A stretch of 38,787 nt of DNA from an uncultured Actinomycetota bacterium. GTDB taxonomy: Bacteria; Actinomycetota; Humimicrobiia; Humimicrobiales; Humimicrobiaceae. The stretch spans positions 1-38,787 of the forward strand of contig CAYRJH010000005.1 in the NCBI GenBank assembly GCA_964424685.1, in the 5' to 3' direction. The notes under the pieces were generated by a model, which saw only the letters and a list, made by a program, of their open reading frames with translations, ran no database searches and was not told where the DNA came from. How positions within the stretch are numbered: position 1 is the stretch's first letter; each line of letters opens with the position of its first letter. Positions 25,320-33,800 of the stretch are shown piece after piece. A program made the translations under genes and the position numbers.

Positions 25320-25955
25320 ATGAATAATAAATTTAATACTGGAAATACTGAGATTGGTAAAATATTCCCTGTAAGTGGCATTATCTTAAATCTTTCCTCC
25401 AATTTAATATTTTCACTTGTTTTTGCAGTCCTTATGGCAATCTCTGCAAACTCATTTATATATTTGCCATTTACCCCCATCCCTGTGACCACACAGGTAT
25501 TAACCGTGCTTCTTTCCGGACTTTTCCTGGGCAGCAGGTGGGCTCTTACCAGCCAGGTATTTTACATACTTATGGGTCTTATGGGATTTCCTGTTTTTAG
25601 CGGATTTAAAAATGGTATAACCGCCCTACCCGGACCAACAGGCGGGTATATAATCGGATTTATGGCAGCTGCATTTGCAACCGGATATATATACGAGAAT
25701 TTATTGAAAAAGAATATGAGCAATACACGTAATCTGTTTGCCTGCCTGGCTTCCTGCACTGCAGGGGTAATACTTATCCATCTTTTTGGATTCATTCACC
25801 TGGCAGGATATTTTTATAGCACAGGCGGTGTTTATCCGGTTTCAGCAATACTTATTAAAACCTGGGAGCTGGGTACCCGGCCTTTTCTGATAATAGATTT
25901 CCTAAAAGTAATCACTGCAGGAATTATTATAAATCTAAATAGAATCAAAAAATGA
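25320..25955 (+). CDS. bioY: Biotin transporter S-component BioY
   Basis: PFTPIPVTTQVLTVLLSGLFLG and GPTGGYIIGF are present in a multi-TM protein. Its stop overlaps the next ATG (ATGA). Confidence 0.88.
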   Translation: MNNKFNTGNTEIGKIFPVSGIILNLSSNLIFSLVFAVLMAISANSFIYLPFTPIPVTTQVLTVLLSGLFLGSRWALTSQVFYILMGLMGFPVFSGFKNGITALPGPTGGYIIGFMAAAFATGYIYENLLKKNMSNTRNLFACLASCTAGVILIHLFGFIHLAGYFYSTGGVYPVSAILIKTWELGTRPFLIIDFLKVITAGIIINLNRIKK

Positions 25956-27805
25956 AAAAAATAAAAATAAATGATATTACTTTAAGGGAAATATTTCAGA
26001 ATACAGACCTTAAGCATATAGATTTAGAATCATTTGATATAATTCTAAATCATATCAATGACATAAAATATGACAGTCTGGAAATACTGGGGGGTTCAAG
26101 TTTTGAGAAGATTCTTGAAAGCAATTTTAACCTTTCACCTCTCGGACTTGCAGCATATATTAAAAATAAAATTCCTTCAATCCCAATTCAGGTACTGCTC
26201 GGAGCAAGGAATTTATGCGGACTGGAAGTTTACTCTAATGATATCATTAAAAGATTTATAAAGCAGTGCACTGCCAATGGTATAAGTATTTTTAGAGTAT
26301 ATGATTCATTAAATGATCTTGACAATTTTAAATACACAATATCGGCAGCAGTCGAAAACGGAGCCGCCTGCCAGGGTACAATTATATATGACAGCCTTCA
26401 GGATACAGGCTTCTATATAGAAAAAGTAAAGGAGTTAAAAAAATATGGCTGCAGCAGCATCTGTATAAAAGATGTCGAATCAACAATGCTTCCCAAAAAA
26501 GCAGGGGAACTTTTTAGAGAACTGGGTAATGCAATTGATATCCCCAAGTTTTTCAGCGCGTCAAACCTGAGAGGCTTGCAGATACTGAATTATTTCGAAG
26601 CCTGCCGCAGCGGTTGTGATGGTATAGACTTGAGTTTTTTCCCTTCATCATACACAAGCTGTAATCATACTGTATTTTCATTTATCTTAAGCCTGAAGGA
26701 TACAGATATTTCTCATAATCTGGATTATCCAAAATTAATCCAGATGGATGATATTATAAAAAGGTATATTTATCCGTTTATAAAACAGGACCTATTCCCT
26801 ACCAACTTTATTCTTAACAGTGTCAACAAAAATCTTCTCCCCAAATGGCTTATCTCAAGTATAGGCATCCAGCTTGCAGAAATCGGTGAAACAGATGCGA
26901 TGGGCTCTGTTCTTGAAGAAGTTTTTAAAATAAAAAAAGAGATAGGAAACCCGACACTTGCAACTCCCACAGGTCAAATCATAGGAAGTCAGGCTATACT
27001 TAATGCTGTTATTTCTGATTCCCGGTGGGATATACTATGTGATGAAATCAAAAAACTGATGTGGGGTTATTTTGGAAAACTTCCGGGAAAGATAGATAAA
27101 AAAATTATTGAGAAATTAGAAGATTCTTCAGGCGAAGATAAAATTAAAGTTAACCTCGAAGTTAAAGAAGTCTACGAACAATGTAAAAATGAACTCGTAA
27201 ATTTTTCAGATAAAGAAGAGGATATTTTAAGCTATTGTTTTTATCCTGAAAAAACAAGAAAACTCCTTGAGAAAAAAAAGGCCGGTCTTAAAAAAGCAGG
27301 ACCGGTAAAAGATTCTGGGATATATATAGAAAATTCTACTTTTGGAAAATACGGGACTGGTTCAATTGCAAAACTGGAGAACCTTGATATTAAAAAATTA
27401 AGAGAGATAACCAGTCTTGTTGAAAGCAGCAATATAGAGGAAATTAAACTGGAAGTTGAAGGGATTAAAATCTCTATAAATAATCCGGGATATAGATCAG
27501 TAGAAAAAAGCGTAATAAAAGAAAAAACATCCGAATCCGAAGCAAAAAAATCTGAAAATCTAATTGAAATAAAATCCCCGATTGTGGGTATATTTTATTC
27601 TTCCCCCGAACCAGACAGCCCTCCTTTTGTAAAAATCGGAGACAGGATTAAGGAAGGAGACACGCTGTGCATAATAGAAGCTATGAAACTGATGAATAAG
27701 ATTAATTCAGAATATAACGGCCAGATAATAGATATAACTGTCTCCAGCGAAGATGCCGTAGAGTTTGATCAAACATTGATGGTCATAAAAAAAGACGAAA
27801 AATAA
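25952..27805 (+). CDS. OadA/PycB-like carboxyltransferase (5S-type TIM barrel) fused to a C-terminal biotinyl (BCCP) domain; the carboxyltransferase active-site motifs appear degenerate
   Basis: Overall collinearity with OadA/PycB is clear (LEILGGSSFE, IQVLLGARNL, ISIFRVYDSLND, ICIKD, LATPTGQIIGSQAILN). The C-terminal biotinylation motif is CIIEAMKLMN. However, LRDAHQS is LREIFQN here, and the HxH metal motif is replaced by KFFSAS. Confidence 0.8.
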   Translation: MKKIKINDITLREIFQNTDLKHIDLESFDIILNHINDIKYDSLEILGGSSFEKILESNFNLSPLGLAAYIKNKIPSIPIQVLLGARNLCGLEVYSNDIIKRFIKQCTANGISIFRVYDSLNDLDNFKYTISAAVENGAACQGTIIYDSLQDTGFYIEKVKELKKYGCSSICIKDVESTMLPKKAGELFRELGNAIDIPKFFSASNLRGLQILNYFEACRSGCDGIDLSFFPSSYTSCNHTVFSFILSLKDTDISHNLDYPKLIQMDDIIKRYIYPFIKQDLFPTNFILNSVNKNLLPKWLISSIGIQLAEIGETDAMGSVLEEVFKIKKEIGNPTLATPTGQIIGSQAILNAVISDSRWDILCDEIKKLMWGYFGKLPGKIDKKIIEKLEDSSGEDKIKVNLEVKEVYEQCKNELVNFSDKEEDILSYCFYPEKTRKLLEKKKAGLKKAGPVKDSGIYIENSTFGKYGTGSIAKLENLDIKKLREITSLVESSNIEEIKLEVEGIKISINNPGYRSVEKSVIKEKTSESEAKKSENLIEIKSPIVGIFYSSPEPDSPPFVKIGDRIKEGDTLCIIEAMKLMNKINSEYNGQIIDITVSSEDAVEFDQTLMVIKKDEK

Positions 27806-27809
27806 TCAA

Positions 27810-29147
27810 ATGTTTAAAAGAATACTTATAGCAAATAGGGGAGAAATCGCAATAAGAATAATCAGGGCATGTAAAGAACTGGGTATCGAATGTGTTTCTG
27901 TATATTCAACCGCAGATAAAAATTCAATTCATACAAAATTATCAGATAAAAGCATCTGTATCGGTCCTCCTACTTCTTCAAAAAGCTATCTTAATATAGA
28001 TAGTATAATTTCCGCCGCACAAATAACAGAATGCGATGCAATTCATCCGGGCTATGGATTTCTGGCAGAAAATCCTGAATTTGTAAATGCATGCCGGCAA
28101 AACAATCTTATTTTTATAGGACCTCCCGCCGAAGTAATTTCCCTTGCCGGCAATAAATCAAAAGCCATAGAAATAATGCAGCAAAATAAAATACCGGTCA
28201 TTCCCGGTTCGTCAGGTAATGTAGATAACATAAGAAAAGCATTAAAATTAGGAAAGCACCTGGGTTACCCGGTTATTGTCAAAGCATCATTCGGCGGAGG
28301 GGGGAAAGGAATGAGAATCTGCAGCAATAAAAAAGACCTCTTAACCTACTTCCCTCTTGCAAAATCAGAGTCCGGATCTTCCTTTGGGAAAAGCGAGGTA
28401 TATATAGAGAAATATATTTCAAAACCAAGGCATATTGAATTCCAGATTATTGCAGATAATTACGGAAACACGGTATGTGTTGGAGAAAGAGAATGTTCAA
28501 TCCAGAGAAGACATCAGAAACTTATCGAAGAAGCTCCCGCAGTTAATCTGCCTTTTAAGACCGGCAGATTGATGCGTGAATTTGCGGTAAGGGCAGCAAG
28601 AGCTATAAATTATAAAAATCTTGGAACTATAGAATTCCTGCTGGATGAACAGGGAAGTTTTTACTTCATTGAAATAAATACCCGGATTCAGGTAGAACAC
28701 CCTGTAACAGAGATGGTTACGGGAATCGACCTTGTTAAAGAACAGATAAAGATAGCTTCCGGACAAAAAACTAATAGTGCAAATGAAAATTATAAAGCTC
28801 GCGGTTACTCTATAGAATTCAGGATTAATGCAGAAGACCCCGATAATGATTTCAAACCCTGTCCCGGAAAAATAAAGGATATTTCTTTCCCGGGTGGACC
28901 CGGCATAAGAGTAGATACTTTTGTGCACTCTAATTGCGAGATTTCGCCATTTTATGATTCTCTTATAGCAAAACTTATAGTATGGGACAGGACCAGGAAA
29001 GAAGCAATTTTAAGGTCACAGCGGGCTCTTGATGAATTTAAAATAGAAGGAATTAAAACTACCATACCTTTTTATAAAAAAATTATACAGATAGAGAATT
29101 TTATAGCAGGAAATATTCATACTCATTTTATTGATGAAGAAATGTGA
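27810..29147 (+). CDS. accC: Biotin carboxylase
   Basis: ILIANRGEIAIRIIRAC, HPGYGFLAEN, an ATP-grasp glycine-rich loop (SFGGGGKGMR) and EINTRIQVEHPVTE are present. It starts 4 nt after the preceding stop. Confidence 0.93.
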   Translation: MFKRILIANRGEIAIRIIRACKELGIECVSVYSTADKNSIHTKLSDKSICIGPPTSSKSYLNIDSIISAAQITECDAIHPGYGFLAENPEFVNACRQNNLIFIGPPAEVISLAGNKSKAIEIMQQNKIPVIPGSSGNVDNIRKALKLGKHLGYPVIVKASFGGGGKGMRICSNKKDLLTYFPLAKSESGSSFGKSEVYIEKYISKPRHIEFQIIADNYGNTVCVGERECSIQRRHQKLIEEAPAVNLPFKTGRLMREFAVRAARAINYKNLGTIEFLLDEQGSFYFIEINTRIQVEHPVTEMVTGIDLVKEQIKIASGQKTNSANENYKARGYSIEFRINAEDPDNDFKPCPGKIKDISFPGGPGIRVDTFVHSNCEISPFYDSLIAKLIVWDRTRKEAILRSQRALDEFKIEGIKTTIPFYKKIIQIENFIAGNIHTHFIDEEM

Positions 29148-29157
29148 TAATGGTAAT

Positions 29158-30063
29158 CTAATAACCATAGATTTCTATAAGAAGGCCTTCCCTGTCCCTT
29201 AAATAAAGGGCGTCATGATCATTGTTCCATACCGGCCCCGGGCTGCCCCAGTAAAATTTACCCTCACCATCTTTTCCGTTTCCGGTAAAAAGATATATGG
29301 CCTCATCCGGTTTAAAAAGATACTTATTAAATTTATAGATATTGGTGGCGCTGTCTTTAATTGTCCAGCCGTACGTATTAATAATATCAGTTCCTGTGTT
29401 TTTTATTATTACATACTCACCATTTAAATTGATATTATCACTTTCTTTTGCATCATAATTTATCAAAATTTCTATACTGGCTGAATCCGATTTCTGCCAT
29501 ACTCCAAGATTATTTTCTCTTGCATACCGTTCAGCTTCCAGGAATTTATCGCTATACTTTACGTCAGGTGGATATGTGTATGCATTTGCAAATCCTCTTA
29601 TCACCATTTCAAGATTTACAAACAAATCATTCATATATGCATATCTTAACAGCCTGCCATATTTATCCATTTCGGATACATCTTTTTCCAGACTTACTTC
29701 CCTGCCTAAGACCATTACCTGCAAAGTTTCCCGGGCTTCCTCAAAAAAATACATTCCGTATTCAGGAGTATTTATTCCGATAAGCCTTATTTTACTTCCG
29801 TCTGAAAGTATCATTGTATCCCCGTCCACTACTTCTTTAACTGTAAAAGTAACGCCTTTGCCAGCCCTGCCGTCATTACCGTTACCAGTATCACCTGAAG
29901 TCCTGCTGCCACTGCCTTTAATATTGCTGTTATTGTCTCCTACACTGCCTGTGGTTTCTCCACCGGTATCGTATTTATCATAATCATAATAAAGACCGCA
30001 GCCGTAAAAGAAGACTGCTAGAATTATTAAAATAAATGAAAGAATTTTTTTCCGGACAATCAT
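29158..30063 (-). CDS. Secreted or lipid-anchored thermonuclease (SNase) with a C-terminal lamin-tail (LTD) domain
   Basis: A signal peptide with a possible lipobox (ILAVFFYGCG) is followed by a Gly/Ser/Asn-rich linker. The SNase core contains VVDGDTMIL, IRLIGINTPE, DKYGRLLRY and NLGVWQ. The LTD-like tail contains NGEYVIIKNTG...WTIKD...YLFTG. The start abuts the yacP stop with a 0-bp gap. Confidence 0.82.
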   Translation of the reverse strand: MIVRKKILSFILIILAVFFYGCGLYYDYDKYDTGGETTGSVGDNNSNIKGSGSRTSGDTGNGNDGRAGKGVTFTVKEVVDGDTMILSDGSKIRLIGINTPEYGMYFFEEARETLQVMVLGREVSLEKDVSEMDKYGRLLRYAYMNDLFVNLEMVIRGFANAYTYPPDVKYSDKFLEAERYARENNLGVWQKSDSASIEILINYDAKESDNINLNGEYVIIKNTGTDIINTYGWTIKDSATNIYKFNKYLFKPDEAIYLFTGNGKDGEGKFYWGSPGPVWNNDHDALYLRDREGLLIEIYGY

Positions 30064-30678
30064 TTAATTATGCTTTTTACGCAGTTCTGAAAGTTCTTTT
30101 CTTGTTTTAATGCTTAATCTTTTTTCCAGGGTAAGAAATTTCCTATCAGACTCTTTCCTAAAACCAGCTATCTTTTCCCTTACTTCCCTTTTTAAATCTT
30201 TTAGTTCAATATGAAATTCCCTGCAGGATTTACGGTAGACATTTTTTCTAAACACTACTTTCTGCTGCAGGTAATCTGAAGTAACCACAAAAATTCTGCT
30301 ATAAACTGCCGGTTCCATATCTGGATATCCTGTTTCCACTCCTACCAGTTCCTCAATCACAGCATCGGCTGATTCATTTCTTCTGGAATAAATAACCTTA
30401 ACATCATCAATAGTCTGTATGCTTCTTTTTGGGTTCTCACTGTTTCTGGCATCAAAAACAATTACTACATCATAATTTTTCTGGCTTTTATACAGGGAAA
30501 GATCAGCTATTAGTTTATCTTTTATATAGTCTATTTTTTCCCTGCTTAACTTACCGGCTTTGAAAAAATCAAATATTAAGTTATGTCCGTCTACTATTAT
30601 TAAATTCTCACGGCTAATGTTCTTTTTCAATTTGCTCCTGAACCCTATATAAGATAATCCCGCTGGCAGCCGATACAT
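30064..30678 (-). CDS. yacP: YacP/Rae1-like NYN-domain ribonuclease
   Basis: LIIVDGHNLIF and VIVFDA are present, and the gene sits downstream of rlmB as in Bacillus. The ATG at 30678 overlaps rlmB by 65 nt. A TTG at 30630, preceded by AGGAG, is a plausible alternative start. Confidence 0.8.
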   Translation of the reverse strand: MYRLPAGLSYIGFRSKLKKNISRENLIIVDGHNLIFDFFKAGKLSREKIDYIKDKLIADLSLYKSQKNYDVVIVFDARNSENPKRSIQTIDDVKVIYSRRNESADAVIEELVGVETGYPDMEPAVYSRIFVVTSDYLQQKVVFRKNVYRKSCREFHIELKDLKREVREKIAGFRKESDRKFLTLEKRLSIKTRKELSELRKKHN

Positions 30679-31411
30679 TTAAAGATTGAATTCTGCCGCT
30701 TAGTTTGATTGATATCATAATATCACAATTATCACTGACTAATCTGCTTATGCCCTTATCCTCGCTTCCGAGAACAAGCGCCATAGGAAAAGTAAAATCA
30801 ACTTTATCCAGATATTTCACTTCTGGAGTTACATCCAGGGTAGTCCCGTAAATCCAGAATCCTTTCTCTTTTAATTCCTTTATGGCTCTTATAATATTTA
30901 TTACCCTGAATACTTTTACTATTTCAAGGGCTCCGGCAGAAATTTTACTTACTCTTTCATTTAAGGCCGCACTTCTTCTTTTTGGCACAATAACCCCTTC
31001 AAAACCAAACGCATTGCAGTTCCTTATTATTGAGCCAAAATTACCTACATCTGTTACACCATCAAGTATTATCAGTTTGTTTTTACTCTTATCGCATCCT
31101 TTTCTATCCATTACCTTATCAAGATAATCATCAAAATCCGCATAATTGTATGGCGATACTACGGCTACTATACCCTGGGGATTGATAACCTTAGCATGAA
31201 TGCTGTTAAATTGGTCCGGATTAAGTTCCTCAATATCAATATTCCTGCTCTCTGCCCCGGCAATTATACTCCGTACCCTTTGATCCTTTTCCCTCTGAGT
31301 GTTAATTATGACTTTATATATTTTTCTTCTGCCGGCATTCTCCGTAATCAGAGAATAAACAGGATTTATTCCTGATATATATTCGTAATTTATATTTTTA
31401 TTTATAGTCAT
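30614..31411 (-). CDS. rlmB: 23S rRNA (guanosine-2'-O)-methyltransferase, SpoU/TrmH family (RlmB-like)
   Basis: SpoU motifs LDGVTDVGNFGSIIRN, LVLGSEDKGIS and IKLSGRIQSLNVSAASGIILY are present. Confidence 0.88.
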   Translation of the reverse strand: MTINKNINYEYISGINPVYSLITENAGRRKIYKVIINTQREKDQRVRSIIAGAESRNIDIEELNPDQFNSIHAKVINPQGIVAVVSPYNYADFDDYLDKVMDRKGCDKSKNKLIILDGVTDVGNFGSIIRNCNAFGFEGVIVPKRRSAALNERVSKISAGALEIVKVFRVINIIRAIKELKEKGFWIYGTTLDVTPEVKYLDKVDFTFPMALVLGSEDKGISRLVSDNCDIMISIKLSGRIQSLNVSAASGIILYRVQEQIEKEH

Positions 31412-31497
31412 TGCTCATAATTTCCGCCGGAGAAATCCCACAAATTACTTTATATAAAAAATTCATAAAAATAGATGAAGTCAATATATCTTTTTTA

Positions 31498-33012
31498 TCA
31501 CAGATCTTTTTTATCTGCATCTTTTTTGTCCACAGTTTTCCACACGGTACCCTCTTTTCTGTCTTCCAGTATTACACCTTCACCATATAGATAGTCTCTT
31601 ATCCTGTCAGCTTCTTTATAATCGCCGGCCCTTCTGGCCGCTTCTCTTTTTTCTATTAGATTTTCTACTTCATCTTTTGTTATTTCTATTTCAGCTCCTG
31701 TATAACCGGTCATCCTGGAAATCTCTTTCGAAAAATTCAATCCCAGAATCATCCCCAGTTCCTTAATTTTATCTGATGCGCTGCTTAAACTTACTTTTAC
31801 AGACCGGCTGATTTTGAAATCGGGTTTTTGTATTATACTGTTTATTTTTTTTATATATTCAAAGATATCCCCTATTGCTTTTGCTGAATTAAAATCATCA
31901 TTCATCGAATCTTTAAAATCATTTTCAAACTTTTTCGTAAATGATTCCAATTTAAAAGCTACACTGTCAATATCTTCTATTTCTTTTTCTTTTCCACGTG
32001 AATAATCAGCATGTTTTGCTAAAAAATCAATATTTTTTAAGGTATTTATGATTTTTTCCAGCGCTTTGCCCGCCTCACTCAATTTTTCTGTACTGAATTC
32101 AAGCGGGCTCCTGTAATGAGTGGAAAGAATATACATTTTTATGACATTGGCAGAATAAATTTTAAGCAGGTTTTTTAAGATCCAGTTTTCCTTAAGTCCC
32201 AGTGATTTTGACATTTTCCCTTCTTTTACCTCAATCATACCGTTGTGCATCCAGTATTTGACAAAATTACCTTCACCCGGAAAAGCTGCTTCAGACTGTG
32301 CAATCTCGTTTTCATGATGGGGAAATATTAAATCTATACCGCCGCCGTGGATATCAATATGCCTGTCCAGAAGTTCTATCGACATTACCGAACATTCAAT
32401 GTGCCAGCCGGGCCTGCCCCTGCCCCATGGACTATCCCAGGATGGTTCACCTTCCCTGGCTTTTTTCCATAAAGCAAAATCGATTTTATTCTTTTTTACA
32501 AAACTATCATCTTCGTTATTTTTCATTTCATTTATATTCTGTCCTGAAAGTCCCCCGTAAGCGGAGAACCTGCTTACTTCAAAATATACATTGCCATCTA
32601 CAACATAACCGTAACCATTTTCAATAATCTTCTCTATAATATCTATTATTTCAGGAATCATCTCAGTGGCTACAGGCATCTTGCTGAACTTACCCACCTC
32701 AAGGTTCTTAATGTCCTCCAGAAAAGCATCCGTATACTTTGCGGTTATGACCTTATAATCTACTTTTTCTTCCTGCGCTTTCTTTATTATCTTGTCTTCA
32801 ATATCGGTGATATTCTGGACATATTCCACACTGTAGCCCAGATACTGAAAATAATTCCGCACCATATTAAATACTACAACAGGTCTTGCATTACCTATAG
32901 ATATAAAGTTATAAACGGTAGGGCCGCATACATACATCTTAACCCTGCCTTTATTTATAGGTTCAAATAATTCTTTTTTTCTACTCAGGGTATTGTAAAC
33001 TTTTAAGCTCAC
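31498..33012 (-). CDS. cysS: Cysteine--tRNA ligase
   Basis: LKVYNTLSRKKELF, MYVCGPTVYN, WGRGRPGWHIECS, FPHHENE and KMSKSLG are present. I moved the start to the GTG at 33012, which is preceded by GGGAGGA with a 5-nt spacer. The ORF-track ATG at 33045 adds 11 unsupported residues. Confidence 0.9.
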   Translation of the reverse strand: MSLKVYNTLSRKKELFEPINKGRVKMYVCGPTVYNFISIGNARPVVVFNMVRNYFQYLGYSVEYVQNITDIEDKIIKKAQEEKVDYKVITAKYTDAFLEDIKNLEVGKFSKMPVATEMIPEIIDIIEKIIENGYGYVVDGNVYFEVSRFSAYGGLSGQNINEMKNNEDDSFVKKNKIDFALWKKAREGEPSWDSPWGRGRPGWHIECSVMSIELLDRHIDIHGGGIDLIFPHHENEIAQSEAAFPGEGNFVKYWMHNGMIEVKEGKMSKSLGLKENWILKNLLKIYSANVIKMYILSTHYRSPLEFSTEKLSEAGKALEKIINTLKNIDFLAKHADYSRGKEKEIEDIDSVAFKLESFTKKFENDFKDSMNDDFNSAKAIGDIFEYIKKINSIIQKPDFKISRSVKVSLSSASDKIKELGMILGLNFSKEISRMTGYTGAEIEITKDEVENLIEKREAARRAGDYKEADRIRDYLYGEGVILEDRKEGTVWKTVDKKDADKKDL

Positions 33013-33092
33013 CTGTATCCTCCCGGTCATTAGAATGTTTATCACTTGATTTTTATTAATTAAAAGCTTTCGGACTTTTTAAGCCGCAGGTA

Positions 33093-33746
33093 TTACTTCT
33101 TTTCTTTCCTTAATTTTTCTATCTCTTTTTCCAGAAAATCTATCCTGGCGCAGCAGTCACTTAAAATTTCACTAACAGGGTCAGGCAGATTCATCCTGTG
33201 AAATTCATCTGACAGGATTTTTTCTCCTCCTATTTTTACAATTCTTCCCGGGACTCCTACTACCGTACACCTGTCAGGGACAGATTTAACTACTACCGCT
33301 CCCGAACCAATAATAACATCATTTCCAATCTCAATAGAACCCAGTACTTTTGCCCCTGCGGAAATAACTACATTATTTCCGATTGTAGGATGACGCTTAC
33401 CTTTTTCCTTCCCGGTGCCGCCCAGGGTCACCCCCTGATAAATAGTCACATTATTGCCGATTTCTGTTGTCTCGCCTATAACTACTCCCATACCGTGGTC
33501 TATAAAAATACCTTTACCTATCTTTGCTCCCGGATGAATCTCAATGCCTGTAAAGAACCTGCTGCACTGGGATATATATCTGGGAATAAAGGGTATTTTA
33601 TGTTTGTGAAGCCAGTGCGCAATTCTATGATTTATAACTGCGTGCACTCCTGAATAAGTAAAAATAATTTCCAGAGTATTTACCGCAGCAGGGTCTCTTT
33701 CTTTTGCGGCTATTATAAGATCTTTTAATTCTGCTATTAGTCCCAT
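33093..33746 (-). CDS. cysE: Serine O-acetyltransferase
   Basis: [35 protein letters not shown] and GKRHPTIG hexapeptide-repeat motifs are present. Confidence 0.9.
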   Translation of the reverse strand: MGLIAELKDLIIAAKERDPAAVNTLEIIFTYSGVHAVINHRIAHWLHKHKIPFIPRYISQCSRFFTGIEIHPGAKIGKGIFIDHGMGVVIGETTEIGNNVTIYQGVTLGGTGKEKGKRHPTIGNNVVISAGAKVLGSIEIGNDVIIGSGAVVVKSVPDRCTVVGVPGRIVKIGGEKILSDEFHRMNLPDPVSEILSDCCARIDFLEKEIEKLRKEKK

Positions 33747-33800
33747 AAAACTTTACCTTATGGTTATAAATTTAAATTATTAAAATGTAACTTCGGTCAA

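Noticed and set aside
33013-33045. 11-codon N-terminal extension of cysS (MINILMTGRIQ)
   Set aside because: A GGGAGGA Shine-Dalgarno lies inside it, 5 nt upstream of the GTG at 33012. That start gives the canonical (M)SLKVYNTL... CysRS N-terminus.
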